Of a DNA stretch of 64,000 nt, positions 9,014 through 17,899 are shown piece by piece. The DNA lies in the NCBI GenBank assembly GCA_049322915.1, contig JBMOPW010000014.1, positions 280,973-344,972 on the forward strand, written 5' to 3'. Source of the DNA: Candidatus Zhuqueibacterota bacterium (lineage in GTDB: Bacteria > Zhuqueibacterota > Zhuqueibacteria > Thermofontimicrobiales > Thermofontimicrobiaceae). The position numbers and the translations under genes are program-made. The notes under the pieces are model-generated. The model made no database searches, was not told where the DNA came from, and was given only the letters and a program-made list of their open reading frames with translations. Every line of letters begins with the position of its first letter. Position 1 is the first letter of the stretch.

Positions 9014-11677
9014 ATGAATATCGGAACTACTCTCAGGAAAATACTGTTCCTGATCGCGATGTTGACCTGTCCGGCGATTGGGCAGGATATGGTTCAGAGC
9101 GAAGCTGGAAATTTAATTCCAAACGCTTCATTTTTAGGGCTGCATTATGTGGAACGAATCGGGTACGCGCTGGATGGCGGCGGTGATGTTAACGGGGATG
9201 GCTATGATGACTTCGTGATCGGCACGTTCCACAATGGCGTGGTCGGGCAGGATGGAGGCGCCGTCTACTTAATTTTAGGGAGTTCCAGGTTAACACGTGG
9301 GATGAATACCAGTTTGTCCAACGCAGATGCCCGATTTTTAGGCGCGGCAGCGTTCGATGCGGCCGGCTATTCGGTCGCCTGTAACGGTGATTTAAACGGG
9401 GACGGCTTTGATGATTTCATCATTGGTGCGCCGGCCGGGAATGATTCAAAACCCAATTGGCCAGGGAAAGTCTATATCGTTTTTGGCAATGCCGGCGCTG
9501 CCTGGGGAAATTATTTTTATCTGGGGACAAGCAGCAATGTGGTTTTTGACGGTGAAAATGGCCAGGATCTGGCCGGGCTATCCGTCGCTTACATCGGCGA
9601 CTTGAATGACGATGGCTATGATGATTTTCTCTGCGGCGCTCCGTTCAATGATCAATATGGCGCCGGCGCCGGTAAAGCCTATCTGGTGCTGGGCGAAGGC
9701 GGCGCATGGGATAGCCATTCGTACCTGTCAGAAAGTGATGCCAGCTTTATCTTCGATCGTGACGGCTCGGAGGTGGGATATTCCGTCGCCGGCGTTGGAG
9801 ATATCAATAACGACGGCACGCCGGACCTGGCTATCGGCGCCATGGGCGCCAGCAAGGTGTTCATATTGTACGGTAGAAAAAATGTCAGTTGGGGGATGGA
9901 TTTCAATCTGCGCAATGCAGATTTACAATTGTACGGCAGAGAGAAAGGCGAGGATGAAGGCATCGGCTGGCGAATTGCCGGCAACGGCGACCTGAACGGC
10001 GATGGCATTTCCGATGTGATGATTTCCGCCATCCATAATCACCAGGGCGGCCAATTGGCCGGCAAAGTGTATGTCCTGTTCGGAAAGAACGGCGGCTGGG
10101 TGGAATCCGAGCTCAGTCTCGAAAGCGGCGATGCGTCTTATATTGGTGAAAATTCAGAGGACTACGCCGGCTGGGGATTATCGCTGGCCGGAGATGTGAA
10201 CCAGGATGGATTCGATGATTTTCTGATTGGCGCCTGGTACAATGATCAGAACGGAGCGGACGCCGGCAAGGCTTATTTGATCAATGGCAAGAGCAGCGGC
10301 TGGGTGAAGGATGTGCGGCTCGAGGAAGTCACAGATTACTTCCTGGGTGAGCGCGAGATAAATTACGCTGGTTTTGCCGTGAGCACTGTAGGCGATTTCG
10401 ATGGGGACGGCATCAGCGATTATATCGTTTCTTCTCCGTACAATAGCGAAGTGCAACAATGGAGCGGCGAAGTGCATCTCTTCGCCAGCCAGGAAATACC
10501 GTACTATATTTCTGGCACGATCAATTATACATTGACGGATCAAAAAATCCCTCGGGTTGCAATTCAATCTGCGAACGAACCGGAGGCCATTGCATACACA
10601 ACGTGGGCGGGCAATTACACATTATCTGTGACCGGCAAAATGGATCATCTGGTTTTTGCAGCGAAGGGATCGGGCGAACATACTGGCGCGGCTGTTACGT
10701 CCTATGACGCAGCATTGATCTCGAGATTGGCGGTCGGCCTGGGAGCGGATGATCCAGTCAATTCAGACGCGGCGGACGTGAATCTCGATAGTAAAATTAC
10801 GATGTACGATGCGGCTAACGTTTTGCGTTACGCAGTCTCACTGCCGCCGCTGGCCGGATCCCATGCCGGCGATTGGAAATTTCAACCGCAGCAGGTCAGC
10901 TATTCCTACGTTGTCAATGATTTCAGCAACCAGAATTACGATGCCTACATTGTCGGCGATGTGGATGCAAGCTGGACCACTCCCGATTCCGGTTTGAAAA
11001 AGCAGTTATTTGATGGAGAACTGAGTTCGAGGAAAATCGTCGCGTCGCGTGGTGAGATTTCAATACCGATTGAGATACCGGCGCAGACCAGGCTGCTGTC
11101 CTTTGATGTGGCCATGAATTACGATGCTGAGTTGCTTGAATTTGTCCGCATCGACAGGAACGCATCCCTGAGCGATTTCAATATCGCCCTGAACACCAGC
11201 CTGCCCAATAAACTGATCGCCGGCGGTTTTTCTGTCAACGAAGTGAATGTGAGCCAAACGCTTCTGACAGTTGTTTTTAAACCGAGGTTGACAACGTCTC
11301 AAAATGCACAAGTCTCTTTTGACCGGGTGGCAATCAATAATAGCGTATTGCATTTCAGCCCGCTTGAGATTGAAATAGGAGAATCGAACCGAGTGCCTGC
11401 GACGTTTGCCTTGCTGCAGAATTATCCCAATCCATTCAATAATGCCACAGCGATACCGCTGCACGTGGCGCAGTTCAGCCGCGTGACGGTTTCAATTTAC
11501 AACGCGCTGGGTGAGCATGTCACCACGCTGGTGGATGAAAACCTGAATCCCGGCGCGTACCAACTTTCCTGGGATGGAACGGATCAACATGGAGTGAGGG
11601 CAGCGTCCGGGGTGTATATTTGCAAAGCGGCATTCCCCTCAGCAACGCAGCACATGAAACTCATTTACATGAAGTAG
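9014..11677 (+). CDS. Secreted FG-GAP (integrin-alpha-like) propeller + dockerin + cohesin + type-A-like CTD protein
   Basis: Start moved to ATG 9014 after GAGGAG, giving a signal peptide. Seven GDxNxDGxDD repeats; dockerin-like DVNLDSKITMYDAANVLRYAV; cohesin-like ISIPIEI...SFDVAMNYDAELLEF; QNYPNPFN. Confidence 0.8.
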   Translation: MNIGTTLRKILFLIAMLTCPAIGQDMVQSEAGNLIPNASFLGLHYVERIGYALDGGGDVNGDGYDDFVIGTFHNGVVGQDGGAVYLILGSSRLTRGMNTSLSNADARFLGAAAFDAAGYSVACNGDLNGDGFDDFIIGAPAGNDSKPNWPGKVYIVFGNAGAAWGNYFYLGTSSNVVFDGENGQDLAGLSVAYIGDLNDDGYDDFLCGAPFNDQYGAGAGKAYLVLGEGGAWDSHSYLSESDASFIFDRDGSEVGYSVAGVGDINNDGTPDLAIGAMGASKVFILYGRKNVSWGMDFNLRNADLQLYGREKGEDEGIGWRIAGNGDLNGDGISDVMISAIHNHQGGQLAGKVYVLFGKNGGWVESELSLESGDASYIGENSEDYAGWGLSLAGDVNQDGFDDFLIGAWYNDQNGADAGKAYLINGKSSGWVKDVRLEEVTDYFLGEREINYAGFAVSTVGDFDGDGISDYIVSSPYNSEVQQWSGEVHLFASQEIPYYISGTINYTLTDQKIPRVAIQSANEPEAIAYTTWAGNYTLSVTGKMDHLVFAAKGSGEHTGAAVTSYDAALISRLAVGLGADDPVNSDAADVNLDSKITMYDAANVLRYAVSLPPLAGSHAGDWKFQPQQVSYSYVVNDFSNQNYDAYIVGDVDASWTTPDSGLKKQLFDGELSSRKIVASRGEISIPIEIPAQTRLLSFDVAMNYDAELLEFVRIDRNASLSDFNIALNTSLPNKLIAGGFSVNEVNVSQTLLTVVFKPRLTTSQNAQVSFDRVAINNSVLHFSPLEIEIGESNRVPATFALLQNYPNPFNNATAIPLHVAQFSRVTVSIYNALGEHVTTLVDENLNPGAYQLSWDGTDQHGVRAASGVYICKAAFPSATQHMKLIYMK

Positions 11678-11705
11678 GTCGTCGATTCAAATAAAGGAAA
11701 TCGCT

Positions 11706-14378
11706 ATGTTCAGAAATCCCAAATGGATCATTTTACTCAGCGCGTTATGTCTGATGTCGATTTCGGAAACAAGTCGCAGCCAGGAATCGGCTTCTGCCTT
11801 ATTGAAACCGATGGAGCGACTATCCCCATCCAGTTCATTTTATGGCGAATTGAACCTGGGCCGGCTTGGCTATTACCTATCCAGAGCAGGCGATGTGAAC
11901 CGGGACGGCTATGATGATTTTATGATTGCCGGCTACCATCACCATGTTCATGGCTGGAACTCCGGCGGCGTTTATCTGTTTTTGGGCAAATCGACCATCG
12001 ATTGGAGTCTCAACATGCTGGTGGGACAGGCAGCGAGCGCCCTTTTTTGTGGTTATCACGATTATGATTTTACCGGGTACAACATTGACGGCGGCGGCGA
12101 TTTCAACGGTGATGGTCTCAGCGATATGCTCATCGGCGCGCCCGGGAACTGGGATCGGGAGCCTCCATTCCCCGGCAAAGCATTTATCGTATTGGGTCGG
12201 GAGAATGCAGACTGGGGCATGAATTTCGTGCTGGAGTATGGCGCGGATGAGGACTTTTTGGGTGAACGAGATTATGATCAGTTTGGCTATGCCGTCTCGT
12301 TCATCGGCGATCTGAACCAGGATGGGTATGATGAAATTTTATGCAGCGCAGCGTTCAAAAATCTGCAATATTCCTGGCAGGGTAAAGTGTACCTGATAGC
12401 CGGGAATGCCCAGGGCTATCCCCGGGGCGCGTTAGCCGCGGAAAGCGCGGTGGCTTCGTTCATTTATCCGGCCAACGAAGCGAACGTCGGTAGCGCAGTC
12501 GCCGGGGTGGGCGATGTCAACAAGGACGGCATCCCGGATTTCGCCATTGGCGCAGCCGGCATTGGTAGGGTCTTTCTGCTGTTTGGCAGAACCGGCATGG
12601 ACTGGGGCAACCCTTTTAATCTGACAAATGCCGATGTCGTCTTTTTGCCGGAAGACGCGGAACGCGACGACTCCGGCTGGCAGGTAAAGGGTGTGAATGA
12701 TGTGAACGGCGATGCCATCGATGATTTTTTAATTTCCGGGCTACAAATAAATAACGACGCCGGCAAGACCTACTTGATTCTCGGACGGGAGAACTGGCCT
12801 GCGCGACAATTCTATTTATCCCAGGCAGATGCGTCCTTTTTGGGCGAAGGGTCGGAGCAACATTCCGGCGTGTCCATTGCAGGGGTGAACGATTTCAATG
12901 GCGACAACTATAATGATTTCATGATCGGCGCGCGCTATTACAGCGGCGGCAAATACCATCGCGGCAAAGCCTACGTGGTCACGGGAAAATCCGGCGGGTG
13001 GCAGCGAAATGTTCCGCTATCGGAAATCGAGATCAATTTCGTCGGACAGGATACAATTCACTGCGCCGGCTGGGGCGTCAGTGGCGCCGGCGATGTCAAT
13101 GCAGATGGCTGCATGGATATTCTCACGTCGGCCCCGTTCAACAGCGAATTCGATAAATGGGCGGGCGAAATTTATCTGTTCCTGGGGGATTATAATGTGC
13201 TCTCACTGACGGGAAAAGTAGCTCATGTCAACGGATTCTCAATTGCCGGCGCGATGGTCAAGGTGACTGCCAATGGTACCTTTCAAACGCTCACCGATAT
13301 CAGCGGGGAATATCGATTCCGGTTTTCGCCGTGCAACTCCGTGACAGTCTCAGCAACGAAAACGGAAGGCGCGGAATCTGCAAGCACAGCTATCTCGGCC
13401 TACGATGCGGCACTGGCCGCACAATTTGCCGTTGGTCTGCGACCGCTGGATGCAATTCAGCAGTCTGCCGCGGACGCGAACAGCGACGGCAAAGTGGGAT
13501 GTTTTGATGCCGCGCTCATTGCGCAGTATGCCGTGGGGCTGAACCTGGTTCCCTCATCTCAGGCTGGTGGATGGTTTTTCGAGCCAAAAAGCTATTTCTA
13601 TCAGTCGCTCTACTCGGATAAAATGAATGTCAATTTTACCGCGGGAATTCGGGGCGATGTGGACGGGAACTGGCAGGGCGCTGGTGAGCTGAAGAGAATA
13701 TCTCCTTCCAACGAGGTTCACATTCTGCCGGATAAAATTGATGTGAATGACCAGTCAACTGTCGTCATTCCGATTCAGTTAACGGATTATAACAAAGTCA
13801 TTTCTGCCGATATTGAGATAAATTACCCTGCGGATGTGTTGGAATTTGCCGGGATCGCGCCAACCAATTTCAGTCGTAAGTTTGCGACCGCCATAAATAA
13901 CACATCGGCCGGCCTTTTGAGAATCGCCATGTATACGATGGGACAACCCTGTCCGGGAGAGGAATTGCGTCTGCAATTCACGGTACTGAATAGAAATTAC
14001 GCCGGCGTTGCGCCGGTGTCCCTGACCGATTTGCGGGTGGATAATAAAAACGCCGTGGCCGATGAGACGACGCTGTTTTTTGGAACAGGTCAAAAACCGC
14101 TGACTCCCGTGTCGGTCAAAAATCTGCCCAATCCCTTCAATCCGGAGACGACGATTCATGTCACCAATGCAGTAACCGGACATGGCTCGGTCAATATTTT
14201 TGATGTGCTGGGCCGAAAGGTTCGGGAATTCGATCTCGGAGTGATTCAGCCCGGGGAGCAAAAAATTCTTTGGAATGGTCGGGATGAATATGGACAGGAT
14301 CTGGCCAGCGGCGTGTATCTGCTTCAATTCCGCTGCGGCGCCGATGTGACGCTGAATAAAATGATCAAAATAAAATAG
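11706..14378 (+). CDS. Paralogous FG-GAP propeller + dockerin + cohesin + CTD protein
   Basis: Signal peptide; seven FG-GAP repeats; ADANSDGKVGCFDAALIAQYAVG; VVIPIQL...SADIEINYPADVLEF; NLPNPFNP...KMIKIK. Confidence 0.8.
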   Translation: MFRNPKWIILLSALCLMSISETSRSQESASALLKPMERLSPSSSFYGELNLGRLGYYLSRAGDVNRDGYDDFMIAGYHHHVHGWNSGGVYLFLGKSTIDWSLNMLVGQAASALFCGYHDYDFTGYNIDGGGDFNGDGLSDMLIGAPGNWDREPPFPGKAFIVLGRENADWGMNFVLEYGADEDFLGERDYDQFGYAVSFIGDLNQDGYDEILCSAAFKNLQYSWQGKVYLIAGNAQGYPRGALAAESAVASFIYPANEANVGSAVAGVGDVNKDGIPDFAIGAAGIGRVFLLFGRTGMDWGNPFNLTNADVVFLPEDAERDDSGWQVKGVNDVNGDAIDDFLISGLQINNDAGKTYLILGRENWPARQFYLSQADASFLGEGSEQHSGVSIAGVNDFNGDNYNDFMIGARYYSGGKYHRGKAYVVTGKSGGWQRNVPLSEIEINFVGQDTIHCAGWGVSGAGDVNADGCMDILTSAPFNSEFDKWAGEIYLFLGDYNVLSLTGKVAHVNGFSIAGAMVKVTANGTFQTLTDISGEYRFRFSPCNSVTVSATKTEGAESASTAISAYDAALAAQFAVGLRPLDAIQQSAADANSDGKVGCFDAALIAQYAVGLNLVPSSQAGGWFFEPKSYFYQSLYSDKMNVNFTAGIRGDVDGNWQGAGELKRISPSNEVHILPDKIDVNDQSTVVIPIQLTDYNKVISADIEINYPADVLEFAGIAPTNFSRKFATAINNTSAGLLRIAMYTMGQPCPGEELRLQFTVLNRNYAGVAPVSLTDLRVDNKNAVADETTLFFGTGQKPLTPVSVKNLPNPFNPETTIHVTNAVTGHGSVNIFDVLGRKVREFDLGVIQPGEQKILWNGRDEYGQDLASGVYLLQFRCGADVTLNKMIKIK

Positions 14379-14380
14379 AG

Positions 14381-15178
14381 GTGGGTATGAAATGGTCCAG
14401 GCTCATGGTCGTATTGTGCGCATGCCTGATCATTTTTAACGGGGGGGAAAATGGTGCATCAGGCCAGGTTATCGTTCGGGTTCAGAATACGGCAACAACG
14501 CCGGATACAACGGTGAGCGTGCCTGTTCTCGTCGGTGATGTCACTGGCTATGGCATTATTTCTTTTCAATTCAGTGCGAAGTACGATTCACTTGTGCTGA
14601 GAGCGACGGATGTTTCGTTGGGGAATACCATTGCAGAAAGCTGGGGCGATGTTGCCAATAATCTTGAATCACCGGGGAACATGGTTGTCGGGGCATTTGG
14701 CACTGCGGCGCTTTCCGGCTCTGGCGCCTTGCTTTTCCTTGAATTTGATGTGATTGGTTCTGTCGGGGATTCAACCCGAATTGAAATAGAACAATTCAGT
14801 TTCAATAACAACAATCCGCCAGTCGCTGTCACGCAGGGAATGCTGCATATTGTCAGCTCAACCAGCGTCACCCGGGAAAACGCTCCCTTTATTCCCGACG
14901 ATGGCCAGTGGGTGAGTCACTATCCGGAGCCATTTCACACTGCGACGTCCATTGTGTGCCAAACAGAAAGAGCGGGGTTCATCGAGTTGTCGATTTACAA
15001 TATCCTGGGCCAGGAAATAGATCGGTTCAGTAGAATGACATCCGCGGCCGGGCGGCACACTTTTACCTGGTTAGCGAACAAACGTTTGGGCGCAATACTG
15101 GCCCCGGGGATTTATTTTTGTGTCGCCAGATTGGACGATCGCATCATTGGAATGAATCGGCTGGTGCGCATTGAATAG
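14381..15178 (+). CDS. Minimal secreted cohesin + CTD protein
   Basis: Signal peptide; VSVPVLVGDVTGYGIISFQFSAKYDSLVL...SGSGALLFLEFDV cohesin pattern; degenerate CTD HYPEPF...PGIYFC. Confidence 0.75.
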   Translation: MGMKWSRLMVVLCACLIIFNGGENGASGQVIVRVQNTATTPDTTVSVPVLVGDVTGYGIISFQFSAKYDSLVLRATDVSLGNTIAESWGDVANNLESPGNMVVGAFGTAALSGSGALLFLEFDVIGSVGDSTRIEIEQFSFNNNNPPVAVTQGMLHIVSSTSVTRENAPFIPDDGQWVSHYPEPFHTATSIVCQTERAGFIELSIYNILGQEIDRFSRMTSAAGRHTFTWLANKRLGAILAPGIYFCVARLDDRIIGMNRLVRIE

Positions 15179-15437
15179 AATTTGGATCCGAGAATATCGA
15201 TAGTACAAACGATGTGGGATTTCCTGATGGGGCTTTGGCAGTAAGGGAGATGGAGGTGTGCATCGATCTGAATGTGGGAATCGTGAGGAGCGAAGGAAAA
15301 AGCAACACACATTTGAAAGGCATCAGGCATAAAATCAGTGTCGGTTGGGCGACGCCACCGGGTTAAATGCCGGATGCGTGTTTAGCATTATCGTTCAACG
15401 CAGGACAACGATGGATACTGGAAGCGAGGAATAACGT

Positions 15438-17876
15438 ATGCTGAAGAAAATTGGTCTGCTATTATTATTCATCTTTATTGTGGTCTCGAATGGATTGGCG
15501 CAGGTGCAGGTGACCGTGCCGGATACGACGGCGAAAAGTGGTCTTGAAGTCACCATCCCGGTCCGGGTTTCCAATTGTTCGAATTATGAAATTTTTTCCT
15601 ATCAATTTACATTGACCTATAACAGCGCGGTGCTGACGCCGGTTCGCCTGGAAACTGCCAACACGGTGACATCGAGCTGGCCAACGCCGGTGATGAACAA
15701 TTCCACTGCCGGGGTGCTGGAAATTGGCGGCTATGGATCCAATAAAATTGTCGGGGGAGGCAGCCTGGTAAAAATTGTATTCCAGGTCATCGGCAATCCC
15801 AATCAGGTATCGAATCTGAATCTGTCGTATTTTGAATTCAATGACGGTAATCCCGGCGCAATTATCGAAAACGGCAGCATCACAGTGACAATGACCGCGC
15901 TGGCTGTGACGATTACTACCAATGTGCCGGGCAATACGCAGGTGATCGTGGATGGTACTCCATTCACCGCGCCGCATGTTGCATACTGGGAATCCGGAAC
16001 GCAGCACGAGATTTCTGCGGCGAGTGTGCAGACTCTCGGGACTGACCGCAGATACCTTTACCAATCCTGGAGCGATGGCGGCGGACAAACGCACACAATC
16101 ACCGTCACTCAATCGACAACGATCACAGCGACTTATTCCACCCAATATTACCTGACTGTCCAATCAACCTATGGCAATCCCCAGGGGAGCGGCTGGTACA
16201 ACGCCGGGGCGATCGCGTATTTTTCTGTGGAGTCGGAAATTCTGAGCGATGCCACCACGAAACGTCGATTCGCTTCGTGGTCTGGCAGCGGCTCTGGCAG
16301 CTATTCCGGCGCTCTTCGGGAAGCGAATGTGACGATGAACGCGGCGATTGTTGAAACAGCGAACTGGACGACGTCCTATCTGGTTCAAATCAGTTCAGTC
16401 CACGGCACGCCTTACGGCGCCGGTTGGTACAATGCCGGGACCGTCGTCAGCTTTGGCATTGATTCGACGCAGATAAATCGATGGAATGCGCATTCTCAAT
16501 TCAGTTCCTGGGCAGGCACCGGGACAATCAGTTACAGCGGGACTTCGCCGCAATCGACAGTCACAGTGAATAGCCCCATCACCGAAGTGGCGCAGTGGAA
16601 TGATGAATTCCTCGTGCAGACCGGCTCATCGCCGCAGGGCATTCTGACCGTCCCCGGCGCCGGCTGGTATCCCAAAGGCTATCCGTTCACAACGATCAGC
16701 GCGCCAGTCACCATCAATAAAGATGGAACAGCGTATGAATTCAAAGGCTGGCTCGTCAATGACCAGGTTGTCTCAGGCAATCCCATCACGCAGGCTGTCA
16801 CATTGCCAATGACAATCATCGCCGATTACAGTCAGGATATTACTGTGACCATCACCACGAGCGTCGGCGTTGGGACAAAAGTGCTGGTTGATGGCGCAGA
16901 AAAAAGCGCGCCGCATACGGCTTCCTGGACGGCTGGCTCGTCCCACAGCATCGGCGTCGCCAGCGAGCAGAATGGCATTCCCGGAACGCGGTACAGTTAC
17001 ATTCAATGGCAGCACGGCGGCAGTCAGGTGCAAACCGTGAGTCCAACCACCAATTTAAATTATGTGGCCAATTTGAAAACCGAATTTTTCCTGGACGTGT
17101 CCACTGATCCGGCGGATATCCTCACGCTGACCGGCGAAGGCTGGTACGAAGCCAATGAGGTCGTGGAACTGGATTCGGCGCCGGCATCATTCAAATCCGG
17201 ACAGAGCAGCTATCGTCTTCTGCACTGGCTGGAGGACGGTGTGGTCAGGTCCGAAAATCCAATCAGCATTGTCATGAATGAGCCGCACACAGCCGTGGCG
17301 AAATTCCAGAGCGGTTATTACATCTCCGGGACAATTACGTTTGTGGGAGCAAGCCCGGCGCCTGTGACGATCAATGTTTCCGGAATGGAAAATTTCACCC
17401 TGCAAACCAAAGCCGATGGCACCTATTTGATTGGCGGCCTTCTGGCTGGAAATTATCAACTCACCCTCCTTCATCCCAATTTCCGGTTCGAGCCGGCGAT
17501 CCGGACGTATCAGATCTCTAAAAACGAAGAGTATCAGTATTACGTCGCCTTCTACGTCTCTGCTGTCGTAAGCGATGATCGCTCGGGCGGAGCGACCCCT
17601 GATAATTTTTACCTGGGACAGAATTATCCCAATCCGTTTTCAGACCTGACGCATATCGACTATCACCTGAAAAATACGGAACATGTGACTATATCGATTT
17701 ACAACATTCGCGGACAACTGGTAAATCGTTTGATTGATCAGCAACAGCCTGGCGGCCTGTATCGGATTCTCTGGGATCGCACTGACTTCCGCGGGATTGT
17801 CGCGCCGGCCGGAGTTTATTATTACCGAATCGATGCCGGCGATTTTATGGATAAAAAGAGCATGATCATTTTTTAA
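15438..17876 (+). CDS. Secreted cohesin + InlB-B-like repeats + prealbumin-like domain + CTD protein
   Basis: Signal peptide; N-terminal cohesin; repeated GxGWYxxG and WSDGG motifs; QNYPNPF CTD. Confidence 0.75.
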   Translation: MLKKIGLLLLFIFIVVSNGLAQVQVTVPDTTAKSGLEVTIPVRVSNCSNYEIFSYQFTLTYNSAVLTPVRLETANTVTSSWPTPVMNNSTAGVLEIGGYGSNKIVGGGSLVKIVFQVIGNPNQVSNLNLSYFEFNDGNPGAIIENGSITVTMTALAVTITTNVPGNTQVIVDGTPFTAPHVAYWESGTQHEISAASVQTLGTDRRYLYQSWSDGGGQTHTITVTQSTTITATYSTQYYLTVQSTYGNPQGSGWYNAGAIAYFSVESEILSDATTKRRFASWSGSGSGSYSGALREANVTMNAAIVETANWTTSYLVQISSVHGTPYGAGWYNAGTVVSFGIDSTQINRWNAHSQFSSWAGTGTISYSGTSPQSTVTVNSPITEVAQWNDEFLVQTGSSPQGILTVPGAGWYPKGYPFTTISAPVTINKDGTAYEFKGWLVNDQVVSGNPITQAVTLPMTIIADYSQDITVTITTSVGVGTKVLVDGAEKSAPHTASWTAGSSHSIGVASEQNGIPGTRYSYIQWQHGGSQVQTVSPTTNLNYVANLKTEFFLDVSTDPADILTLTGEGWYEANEVVELDSAPASFKSGQSSYRLLHWLEDGVVRSENPISIVMNEPHTAVAKFQSGYYISGTITFVGASPAPVTINVSGMENFTLQTKADGTYLIGGLLAGNYQLTLLHPNFRFEPAIRTYQISKNEEYQYYVAFYVSAVVSDDRSGGATPDNFYLGQNYPNPFSDLTHIDYHLKNTEHVTISIYNIRGQLVNRLIDQQQPGGLYRILWDRTDFRGIVAPAGVYYYRIDAGDFMDKKSMIIF

Positions 17877-17899
17877 ATGAGCATTAAAGGGAAGACATC

